Part shown: in pieces, positions 53,155 through 64,000 of the stretch | Numbering within the stretch: the stretch's first letter is position 1 | How the letters are laid out: each line of letters begins with the position of its first letter | Notes under the pieces: model-generated | Database searches by the model: none | Seen by the model: only the letters and a program-made list of their open reading frames with translations | Told to the model about the DNA's origin: nothing | Assembly: GCA_951406725.2 (NCBI GenBank) | Contig: OX597816.1 | Location: 123,070,001 to 123,134,000, forward strand | Direction of reading: 5' to 3' | DNA length: 64,000 nt | Source of the DNA: Octopus vulgaris | Taxonomy: Eukaryota | Translations under genes and position numbers: made by a program

Positions 53155-53534
53155 TTTTTCTTTTACTTGTTTCAGTCATTTGACTGTGGCCATGTTGGAG
53201 CACCACCTTTAGTTGAGCAAATCAACTCCAGGACTTATTCTTTGTGAGCCTAGTGCTTATTCTGTTGGTCTCTTTTGCCGAAGTGCTAAGTTACGGGGAC
53301 GTAAATGCACCAGTATCGGTTGTCAAGCGATGTTGGGGAGACAAATACAGACACACACATATACATACATACGATGGGCTTCTTTCAGTTTCCGTCTACC
53401 AAATCCACTTACAAGGCTTTGGTCAGCTCAAAGCTATAGTAGAAGACACTTGCCCTAGGTGCCATGCAGTGGGACTGAACCCGGAACCATGTGGTTGGGA
53501 AGCAAGCTACTTACCACACAGCCACTCCTGCGCC

Positions 53535-53535
<1 letters not shown>
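53155..53535 (-). mobile_element. tRNA-derived SINE family A, full length
   Basis: Reverse-complement match to 47354-47768. Confidence 0.85.
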
Positions 53536-53588
<53 letters not shown>

Positions 53589-53639
53589 CATCATCATCAT
53601 CATTATTATTATTATCATTATTATTATTATTATGTGATA

Positions 53640-54020
53640 TTATGGATATAAAAAAAGAATGTATGAAAATAATATCAGAAACGTCAATGAATACAAAAAA
53701 TATGAGGGAGAAAAAATAATAAAGGAACAATCACACAAAGAAATACATGGTGAATACTTTAAACACCTGAATAAGGAATCAGTATCAAAAAGAGACTCAT
53801 TGAAATTTATAAAAAAAATAGCAAATACTCAATGAGAGATAGAAATATTATACAGTGTTTACAAGACAGAAACAACTACTGTGGAGGGAAAAAAGGCATG
53901 CAGGTATTGTAAAATACAAAGGAAATATCGACCATATGGCAATATAATGTGGAAAAATAGCACACACGAAATATAGAGAGACACAATGAGATAGTCAAGA
54001 TAATCTTTGTGAACCTACTA
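53640..54020 (+). mobile_element. R4/Dong LINE zinc-knuckle region fragment
   Basis: KEIHGEYFKHL...CLQDRN...ACRYCK...DHMAIxCGKIAHTKYRERHNEIVKII (CCHC knuckle plus RHN motif). Confidence 0.7.
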
Positions 54021-54024
54021 GAGC

Positions 54025-55590
54025 GTAGCTTCCCAAAGTGGGCGATATCGTCCACTGTTGGGTGATTTCAACTTACAGGTGGGCGATTTGAGATTTTGCT
54101 AGGCGATTATGAACATTTTGTGGTTGACAATGAATTTTTAGAAATTAAGTCTGCATTTACTGATATCTAGGCATGCCTAGAATAAGGATGCACTTTTATC
54201 GATTTGACAACTCCCATGAGATGTCCCTTTGCATTAAAAACGTGGACTTGTTTATTGATTGAATATTTTTGTCGCAGTCATTGAGATGGTTGTCATGCAT
54301 GCTAAAAATAGCAGTAAAATACCCTTAGGCCTTAAATCACTCCACTACAATTTTTTTCTTTTTTTTGGCATAATCCTATGAAATCCCTCATGTAGAATTC
54401 AAATTCACAAAAATTTCCTGAAAACTCCAAAAAATAAAAAAGTTATGAGGGATTATATGCCGTGCATAATTCTGTGGTTTCATATCAAAGCACAAGTGAT
54501 ATTTTCAGGATGTTAACAAAATATGCAGTCACGCACAAAATGACAGCTTCGAAATCATGTTTCTTGACTGGGTGAAAATGATCAAACTTTAAAAACATTT
54601 TTCTGGAAAAAGCTGAATAACTCCAGCAATTTCACTTGGAAAGGTACATTAAAGTGCAAAATTTTCAAATTTTCGATGAACTTTAATTTTTGAAATGCTG
54701 GCAGCCAAACGAACTAGATCTGTATTTGTTCCAGTAAAGATGTGTCATCTGACTCTGCTCAATTAACTTCTCCTCTTTGGGAATAACATATTGCCTTTCT
54801 GATGCCATCTGTAGAAATTCGTTTTCACACTTTCACTTTACTGATGCCTCCAGTCAAGAAAATTTGTTGACAGTACAGTAGTGATTATTGATCTTTTGGA
54901 TTTATTCCCTCTCCTCAGAACTGTCAGTTACCAATGTGCCTTCTTTGTGATCAAACATTGACCAACAAAGCAGTGAAACCTTCATGCTTGAAGTATCACT
55001 TTGATGCAAAACATTCTGAGAAGGACAAACTGTTATCGCAACTGAGCTCCTCTTTCACAAAGCTAACACAAACATTCAACATGCTGCTTGAGGAAACTAT
55101 AAACAGGAGAACGACAAGTTGACTGCATCAGACAACATTGCATTGCTTGTTGCTAAGTCTAGGAAGTTTCACAGAATTGCAGAAACATTACTTCACTCGG
55201 TTATCGAAGAGGTTTTGTCAACCGTTATGCACAAAAAAACCCAATAACATTATGAAGAAGATCCCATTTAGTAATAACACAATTTCTCAATGCATTGATA
55301 AAATGGCCAACGATGTCAAACATCAGCTCGTTTATATTCTCCAGTGTTCTGAATTTTCTATATAAGTGGATGAGTCAACTGTTGTGGACAATCAATGTTT
55401 GATAATGGTTTATGTTCGATATTTCAGCGGAAACCATCAACCTTGAGAGGAAATGCTGTGCACAGAGAAATTGCAGCTGGATTCAAGAGGTGAAACTATT
55501 TTTCCCCCCTCTCAAGTCTTTCGTTTTTGAACATAATATCCTACTCAGTAATATTCTTGCCTTTGCACCTGATGGATCCCCTTCGGTGAC
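54025..55590 (+). mobile_element. hAT Buster/Charlie-type transposon, 5' half with decayed transposase
   Basis: Left end resembles a hAT TIR (gcttcccaaagtgggcg). FGFIPSP...PMCLLCDQTLTNKAVKPSCLKYHFDAKH (BED-like), IPFSNNTISQCIDKMA...EFSIxVDEST...MVYVRY...DGSPSVTG. Confidence 0.88.
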
Positions 55591-56190
55591 AGGCTTGGAT
55601 GGTTTACAAACACCACTCCAAAAGGCTAAGCCACTTCCACATGAACTACCTGAGGAAAATTAGCTAGCAAGACAAGGTCCCAAACACAGAGATCCTCTCT
55701 TGACCTGATCTGCCAAGTACTTACACACTGCCGAGGAGAGAGCAAGTCAGGTGTACTGGCCACTTTGTTCAAATGCCTAGTATGTGACTCCCCAAGAGAC
55801 TGTGTTACAGTGAACTGGTGAAAGGCAAGCACATACAAGGTGGACAGAAAAAATTCTTCAAGAACACACTCAAAGCCTCACTAAAGAGCTTTAAGATCAA
55901 TCCCAACACTTGGGAATTACAAGCATAAGACCATCCTGCCTAGCAAAGCTGCACCAACAGGAGAGGTGCCACCTCCTACAAACAGAATGGGATTGCTGGA
56001 GCACAATGAAAATGTTAACTACACAAGTCCAGAGCCAATTCCTTACCTTCAGTACCAACAGACCAATGGTACCCAATGCATGGAAGAGCCTTCTGAACAT
56101 ACATTGGACTGATTGGTCTCAACCAGACACACCATGTTTCATTTTCTCTCATGTGATGTTTTTGGTCATTGCTGATAGCAATGGATGAAC
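55591..56190 (+). mobile_element. RTE-clade LINE 3' fragment
   Basis: WMVYKHHSKRLSHFHMNYLRKI.xQDKVPNTEIL...GHFVQMP..LPKRLCYSELVKGKHIQGGQKKFFKNTLKASLKSFKINPNTWE...GRAF..IGLI. Confidence 0.85.
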
Positions 56191-56218
56191 TAATTAATCA
56201 ATTATATATATATATGAT

Positions 56219-56255
<37 letters not shown>

Positions 56256-56259
<4 letters not shown>

Positions 56260-56988
56260 CAGAAATACCCATCATTGACTGGGTTGAAAAAAGCTGCTGA
56301 AACTGTACTATGAATATTGAAAGTTATTTTGATTGTGTTGGACATATATAAGAAATGTTTGTTAACTTTCATGTAAACAATAGAGCTGTTTTCTTCTGGC
56401 CAATATTATAATGGGTGCATATAAACTTCTGATCTATGATCTATAGTATTTCAGTCAATAAACAGAACAACATTGTACACACTTTGGCTTATGTCTAGTA
56501 CAAGATGAATAAATAAATAAAAGTTCAGAGAAAACTAAAAGCATATGTACTATAATTTATTGAACTTAAGTATTACAACAAACAAAAATACAATTAGCTT
56601 TATTTAGACTAATATTGTGTGATGCTGACAATATCAATTCAAAGTTATTAATCATTTTGCAAAATTTTAGTTTGTTGATCTCATGGTAAAAACTTCCTGA
56701 TAGACAATTTTTCAGGTTTTACTAGTAGGGGCAAAAATTAAAAGATTGTTCTTGCTCCCCACTCTGGTTGTCCCAACATATAACTGACCATGTGAGAAAC
56801 AGTCTTATTTTAATTGCAAACCAGCGACTTTCAAAATCTGATGCTAGAGACTTGGGTCCACTTCCATTGTCTTCATTGTGGAATTTTACACAAGAATTAG
56901 CTTTTAGTTTTTATATCGACACTGTAGTGTTTCTTCCCATAGGCAGACACACACACATACGCACACACATCCATTTTTATAATATAGA
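56256..56988 (-). mobile_element. Complete non-autonomous Helitron, 733 bp
   Basis: Minus strand: A|TCTATATTATAAAA 5' end; 3' hairpin accca-gtcaatga-tgggt followed by atttctg-CTAG|T. Inserted at an A|T dinucleotide with no TSD. Confidence 0.8.
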
Positions 56989-57024
56989 TATTTATAAATA
57001 TGTATATCTATACATATTTGAATG

Positions 57025-57330
57025 GACTTGGCACAGTGGTTAGAACATCAAGCTTACAGTCATGAGGTTGCGAGTTTGATTCCAAGAATGGGTTGTGGTA
57101 TGTGTTCTTGAATAAAATTTTTTCTTTCATGTTTCCCCAGTTCACTCAACTGTAGAAATGAGTTGCAACAGCACTGGTGCCAAGCTGTATTGGCCTTTTC
57201 CTTTCCCTTGGAAAACATTAGTTGCATGAAAAGGAGAAATTAGTATGCATGGGCAACTGCTGTTCTTCCACAAACAAACTTACCTAGACTTGTGTCTTAG
57301 AGGAGAACATTCTATGTGCAATCCAAAGAA
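57025..57330 (+). mobile_element. tRNA-derived CORE-like SINE
   Basis: A box tggcacagtgg, B-box-like gagtttgattcc, then gtgttcttgaataaa...ccagttcactcaactgtagaaatgag resembling the CORE domain. Confidence 0.6.
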
Positions 57331-58079
57331 ATCTTTACTATCTATCTATATATATAGTTGAATTTTATAGAAAAACAAAAGATGAAGACAGGTATATGAA
57401 CAACAAGCAAGTGTATTAGTTTCACACTTGGGAAAAATGAAAAAGTCTTTTACTTCTCAAGCTCACACTCTTCAATAAAAAAATATATATGTATATAATG
57501 AAATGTAAATGTAAGATCCAAGGATCCAAGTGTTGGAAGTGATTATGCTTTGAGCAGTCTTTAGAAGGTACAAAAAATAACTTTCGGAAACAATAGTATT
57601 TTATCAGCGTAGAAGGTTGCACATTTCTCCCACATCGAAGTTTGATAAGCTGAAATAAGTTATTCAATAGTTCTATAGAATAAGTTTTTTACAAGGTTGC
57701 TATATATGTAAATAAAAATCCATATTGAGGGAACAGAATAGGTAAAATCCAGGCTACATATGTTTCCTAGCTATCAGAACCTAGGAAGAATATATTATAT
57801 ATATACATACACACACATACATATATGTAAGTGTGCATGTGTATTTGTGTGTTTGTGTGTATATATATATATACACAAATGGATATGAAGGCCATTTCTT
57901 CATGTGATAGGCTTGAAAAATTGTTAGGATATTTTCCTACTTTTCTTAACATGAAACCAATGGTAGCCATAATAGACAAATAAAGAGATTTGATCCACCA
58001 ATGTTTTGTTGAGCACTCACTCTCATCACTTGACAGTTATGTATATATATATATATATATACATACATACATACATACA

Positions 58080-58115
<36 letters not shown>

Positions 58116-58767
58116 CACATATATATAGATATATATATATAAAAATACACACATACACACACACACATGCATAGATGTGTGTGTGTGCACGACAGACAAG
58201 ACAATATCTGTTTTTCAAAACCTGAATATCAATACACAGATGTGTGGGCTGGAAGATCTCCATCTGAGATAATCTAAATTGGAAGTGTAGATAAGTGCTG
58301 TTGGAAATCATCCATAATTCAGATGTAAATTTCTTTGCTTTAGTAAATTATAGTTGCAAAGATTTCAAGAGAAGGAATTAAAGTGATATCATGGGACAAA
58401 ATTCAGTAGAAATTATATTGGCACAAAGAAATATTCGCCTGATATTTGACTGGCAAAATTCCAAAATCTGCAAGTGAAAAATTATATAGAAAATGTCACC
58501 AAAACTGATGTGGGATATTCTGATCAGTGTATTTATAAATTAATAGTAGCATTACTTCAAGATTTAATCAATTACATTATGACATCCAATTTCTTAAAAT
58601 TTCAGTACATAGCTAGCAAGAATATTCCATTTAAGTGCACTCCCTATACATATAGAAAATTACTTTTGTTTAGATATTAACCCTGCAACTGAAAGGAAAT
58701 ACTGTTTTTAAAATGGCAATATGGCAATATAATGATGTAAGTTAGCCTGAAAGTTTTAATGTATATA

Positions 58768-59968
58768 TTGGGTCTTCCCATAAATAATGCGTTTTTTTTA
58801 TATTTCTTTTATTTTTCAAAATTAAGATAAACAAAGCTCTTTTTTAATCTAAAATATACTCTACTTCATTTTTTGCAATGCTTTTCCAGCTATCTGGTAC
58901 ACTTGCAAGGCTCCTTTTCCAAATTTCACTTGTCTGTGATGAAAAATATTCCTCCAATACTGTTCTGACCTCATCTACAGAATTCATATTTTTTCCATCC
59001 AAATGATTTTGAAGACTGTGGAATAAATGATAAATCAGATGGGGCAATGTTCGATGAATATGGTGGGTGGGTATCGTTTCTTATTCAGGCTGCTCCAGCC
59101 TTTTGAATGTCATCCTTGCTGTATTTGGCTGAGCATTATCCTGATGGAAGAACACTTTTCCTCTTGAAACTAAAGATGGTCATTTTTCTTCTAGCGCTGA
59201 CTTAAGCTGCTCAAGCTACTCATAGTAGCTCTTCTTTGTTATCATTTGGCTTCAGTTTCAATGTTCAAAGTGGACTAAACCCTTCATATCCCACCAAATA
59301 GATAGCAACACCTTATGTGGGTGAAGACCTTTTTTAGCCTGTGGTGCCAGTGTTTCTCCTTTCCTTACCCACTATCTTCAGTGCTTGACATTTTTATAGA
59401 GAACCCATTTCTCATCACCAGTCACTATTCGGTCTCAAAAAGGTTCATTCATGAGACAAGACAGCAAAGAAGACACATTCACTCTCTGCACGAGATTAAG
59501 CTCGGTAAGTTTGTGAGGAACCTATTGACTCAATTTGCTAACTTTTCTGATGACACACATGGTTTGATGAATGACCAAATCCAAGCTTTTCTGCTAGTTC
59601 CTCAACACTTACAATGGGATTTTGTTCCACCAGGATCTATTGTGGAGCTCAATAGATCTTCCAGGATGAGGCTCATCTTCTAGGCTGTAGTTTTCGGCTT
59701 GGAATTTCTGGAACCAGCGTTGACACTGGCTTACACTTATTGTCCAATCCCCATGCACTGCATTAATATTCCTTGCCCTTTGCCTTGCCTTGTTGCCTTT
59801 ATTGAACTCATAAAGCAAAATATGCCGAATATACTCCAATATAGTTTTAAAAAATAACTAAAATTTAACTGCACACTTCAAATCTTGCACTAAGAATAAG
59901 TACAAGGTAAAATTACAACCTAGTAGTTTGCAATTGAAAAAAAACGCATTATTTATGGGATGACCAAA
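58768..59968 (-). mobile_element. Full-length mariner transposon with pseudogenised transposase
   Basis: TIRs ttgggtcttcccataaataatgcgttttt / aaaaacgcattatttatgggatgaccaaa with TA TSD. Translation: EYIRHILLYEFNKG...CQRWFQKF..LEDEPHPGR, IVTGDEKWVLY, HQDNA, HPPYSSNIAPSD, WKSIAKNEVEYILD*. Confidence 0.93.
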
Positions 59969-61189
59969 TACACACACACACACACACACACACATTTATT
60001 TATTTCAATAAATATAATAGCTGACATCTTATTTCTACTGATTTAAAATATTAGAAAAAATTGAGCTAACAGATGTAAGAATTCTCAGGTTTAGGTATTT
60101 TTTTTTATCTAAAGGGAACTGTTAAGAAATATCTCTGTATATCAATTCTCTCTCATCTTGTTCATTTCATCATTCAATGCAGTATTATGTTTAGCTATCA
60201 ACCATTGGGTTAAAAAGGACTAAATAAAATTGCGATGCTCTAAAGGTCTCACTGTTTTGATTATTTAATATCAGGTTTATCCCCAGGCTGATTTTACTTT
60301 GTCTAACATTTTCAATAAGAGCATGTTTACATATATATGTGATTTTTATCATTTGTTAAAATCACATATTCAAACTTGTAAGTACACTGAAATATTGGAT
60401 TTTTATAAATTCACATACTTCATTTTCTTTAGAAAAACAATATAACCCAATGTATTTTAAATATTTTGATTACTGATACACTTTAAAATATATATTGTAT
60501 ATTGATTGAATGAATCTTATGTCACCACTTCCTAGCAATCAATTTTATCAGTTACTGTGTTTCAAGGAGCCCTATTTCTGATTTATATTCTTAAATGAAT
60601 CACTTTGTATATGTATCTGCAAAAGATAAGCATGAGAAAAACAACAGTGTGGAAAATATAATAGACTATCTTTTAATAGGCCAAGGGTCCAGATATTCAT
60701 TGTATTTTAGGACAGAACACTTTAGTCCCTATAATTTGAGTTTACTATCAGAAATCAGTAAAAATGGTAATGCTAACTCTGATGGAACAATATCATAACC
60801 AAAGAAAACTTTACCCCTAATTGGCTGGTGAAATGTGAGCTAAGTCTTGTAAATAGAAGCTAAGAGTACACTTTTATTGTGTTAAAGTAACTGCTTTTTG
60901 GCAATAAACATTCAAATACAATAAGATTATAAAAACGAAAATACTGAACAAATACAAAAAGATAATACTTCAACCAATTCATATTCCTTTGGTAATCCCA
61001 CTCAACGTCTTTACTAAATACTTGCTACTTACAATAATGTTGCTTCCTTCAACAGTCTAATTATTTATACACAATATTTTAAAGAAATAATCACTCAGTT
61101 CCAATTTGAGGAGTTCATTGCTATGTTGTCTACTTGCTTATTAATATACTGGACTATTTGTCTCCTTTGATTCCTAAACACCCACATAT

Positions 61190-62790
61190 ACATAAATACA
61201 TAGAAGAAACCCACTCCATAAATGCCAAAATGCTTAAGATGCTGACATTAACTGGAAATCTCCACAGAAATAGTGATAGCAACAGGCTCTACTTAAGAAG
61301 AAATAAAGGATGTACAGGTTTGAGATTAGTGCAGACAGCCTTCAAATGTCATAGTCTCTTTCAGACAGTATTATTTAGACAACAGTAACAAAAATAAATA
61401 CATAAACTTAGTGCTGAAAAGGGAAAAGAACAATATCCTACATGTCAGCACTGAACTCCTCAGGAAGAATTATTTTCTTGATGACATCCACCCCATCTCC
61501 ATACAACTCTAGAACAGCTGAACTAACACACCTCAAAGAAAAACTGTCAGCAGACAAAAAAAAAAGGCCATGCATGGATATGTTCTCTGAATATATGCAG
61601 AAGACAGTAATTTTGACATGAAGCACAGCCTCTTTTCGATTCGTGACTGCTATATCACATCACATTTCAAAGGTTATGCATTTTCAGTCTAAGAACAGGA
61701 GATTGCTACAGAATACCTAATAAACAAAAGAGACTGTAAAGCCCTGGAGTTGCAAGATGTCACTGAAAATGTAGACTATATCATATTTCTCTGGAAAGCA
61801 ATTCACATGATTTGCAACTGACCAAAACTGTCACCAAGGTACTATTACCTCCTTATGTGACATGATGTTGCTGCAAAAACAATATACAATGTCATCCAGA
61901 AAAAAATGGCTATCTTGGGATACATATTGAGAAAAACCCTGTTATTGAATACATACACATCAAAATACAAGGAATACTGGTGGAACATTCTGATCAAAAC
62001 ATCTGTCAAGAGTAAACACAATAGACCAGATACTGTAGCTTGGCACTGACAAGGAAAACTATGTTCCATTATAGAGGTCAGCTGTCCTGCTGTAGAGAAC
62101 ATCTATTTTTTCATATTTAAAAGAAATTTTTTTTTTTTATTTCATCTAGTTTCAGCTCACGGGCTGTGGCCATGCTGGGGCATCACCATTTGGTCTTGCT
62201 ACATAATTTTACTTCACAAATGCTTTTTAGCAATTGATATTTGGTGCCTGAGAGAGTTTGATGCAGCTGCCCTCATCTGCACCTACTGCCGCGAAGTTGG
62301 TTCATCTGGGATACCTGACAGGAAAAGGTGCAGCTTTATTTTGAAGACACCTACATCCACCCCATGCAGGTCTCTCAGGTCCTTCAGGAGGATATTGAAG
62401 AGCTGTGGACCTCTGAAGCCCAGGCTATTGCAGTATCTTGTCCTACATCTTGATGGTAAATTTGGAGTCCTTGGCACTATGTAGGGGTGCCCAGTTCTAG
62501 GTTTCTATTTGAAAATCAAAGTGACAGAAGATAACTATGAACAACTGCTTCAAAACCTCTAGCTATTATAGCTAGATTTTAAATTCACATTTATACCAAT
62601 AATAATCAAGGTACTTGGTTTTGACAGTAAATTATTAAGTGACAGTCTGGATAAGCTAGGGTTTTCAGAAAAAGAAATCAACCAATTTGCATATTCCAAA
62701 TACAATTTGTAAGTGGAACAGTAAATGCATGTAAGACATTTCTCAAGTTTAAAATATGACATTGTTTTTATTTTTGTCTATATTCAAACA
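61190..62790 (+). mobile_element. R4/Dong LINE 3' portion (RLE endonuclease region), interrupted by CR1
   Basis: LTLTGNLHRNSDSNRLYLRRNKG.TGL...EQEIATEYL...EYWWNILIKT..KHNRPD...IIEVSCPAVENI|YLKIK...FTFIPIII...LDKLGFSEKE. Confidence 0.85.
62109..62503 (-). mobile_element. 5'-truncated CR1-clade LINE inserted into the R4/Dong element
   Basis: ORF 62283-62477 RTRYCNSLGFRGPQLFNILLKDLRDL...VFKIKLHLFLSGIPDEP; 7-bp TSD tctattt at 62102-62108 and 62504-62510. Confidence 0.88.
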
Positions 62791-63889
62791 ATGGATCATT
62801 GTGTCTTTGTTAGAAACCAGCTCCTTCCTGAGAGGAATAATTTAAATTATGAAATCTTTATGTGTGTGAATTTATACTTTTCGAGACTACATGTGTTTAT
62901 GTGCTTCTAGTCAGCTACAAAAGCATGTCTGGGCTGTTTGAAGTTTGATCGGCTAGGAGAGTATTACCTCGTTTGGAAAACATGGTGGTTGGTAACAGGA
63001 AGGACATCCAGTCTTAGACAACATACTTTTGTCAAACCCATGCAAGATGATAATGAAGAAATATGCATGTGTGTGTCTATATGTGTATCTAAATACATAC
63101 ATACATACATACATACATACATACACACATCCATACATACACACATATATATACATTCATACACACATATACATGCATACACACATACACACATACATAT
63201 ATACATACATATATGAATCAACTGAATCAAACAGATTTGTGGTATGTCTTTAATGACAGTTTCATTGAAGGTATTCATTTTCTACCTTTCCAATTCATTA
63301 TGTTTGATATGGAAATGTCTGCATCATATGGCAGCTCATTCTCAATGGACACTTTCAAATGATTTGCCATGAAATTCACAAGTAATATTAGCCTTAAAGG
63401 AATCATTTTACTTTCAAATGACTGAGTATTCCTTTTTAAATTCTCAAATTCACAATAACAAGCAATTTCATTCATTCATTCCTAATGTATTGGTACTTGT
63501 TAGAAAATTTATACCTTAGCAACAGTGAAGCATTTGGGCTTTTATATTATTCATCACAACTTTTATCCAACAGAAAATTTCAGCCTTTTTAATTAAGATG
63601 TAGTGTAAATTATATACTTTCAGATGACCTGTATGTATCCACCACATTTACACAGGCTCTCACCACTCACTGTATTCGCCACCTCTGCTTCCTACTCATG
63701 CATTTCTCAGCAATACCTTGCCACTTATATTGTGACCTCCATACCTTGAAGGTACACCCTGGAAATTGCCACCATATATCTCTCTTCCTTGCTCTACCAT
63801 CCCATCTATGCTCTGATCCATGTTCCTTATGAGTATACCCTGACACTTCTCCACCATCTCTTCTGCTCTCTCTTGCACTCTTGCTGTCT

Positions 63890-63932
<43 letters not shown>

Positions 63933-64000
63933 CTTTGCTCTTCCCTATGGCTGGGTAATCATGTCTCTCCTTTACAGCAGCACACTTGTTTCTGCCCTCA

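Overview
AT-rich, microsatellite-laden eukaryotic intergenic or intronic DNA. The SINE architectures and the (AAT)n/(ATGT)n/(CA)n/(TA)n load point to an octopus-like coleoid cephalopod (inference). No intact host gene is evident, and most listed ORFs are microsatellite or repeat artefacts. The window is a layered transposon graveyard: HERO, R4/Dong, CR1 (including Zenon-like) and RTE LINE fragments; a full-length decayed mariner; a maT-like Tc1/mariner; a Buster/Charlie hAT; Helitrons; piggyBac and TcMar MITEs; and at least four SINE families. The most interesting signal is a set of distinct small non-coding elements carrying minimal hammerhead-ribozyme motifs of the Penelope/retrozyme type. 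One sits behind a tRNA-like Pol III head, and others lie inside inverted or tandem repeats. Also notable are a CR1 LINE and a SINE sharing a covarying 3' stem-loop, a rearranged Helitron-like head-to-tail/inverted unit, and one candidate orphan Thr-rich membrane-protein exon. Family assignments come from manual motif recognition, not database searches, and repeat boundaries are approximate unless TIRs or TSDs are quoted.
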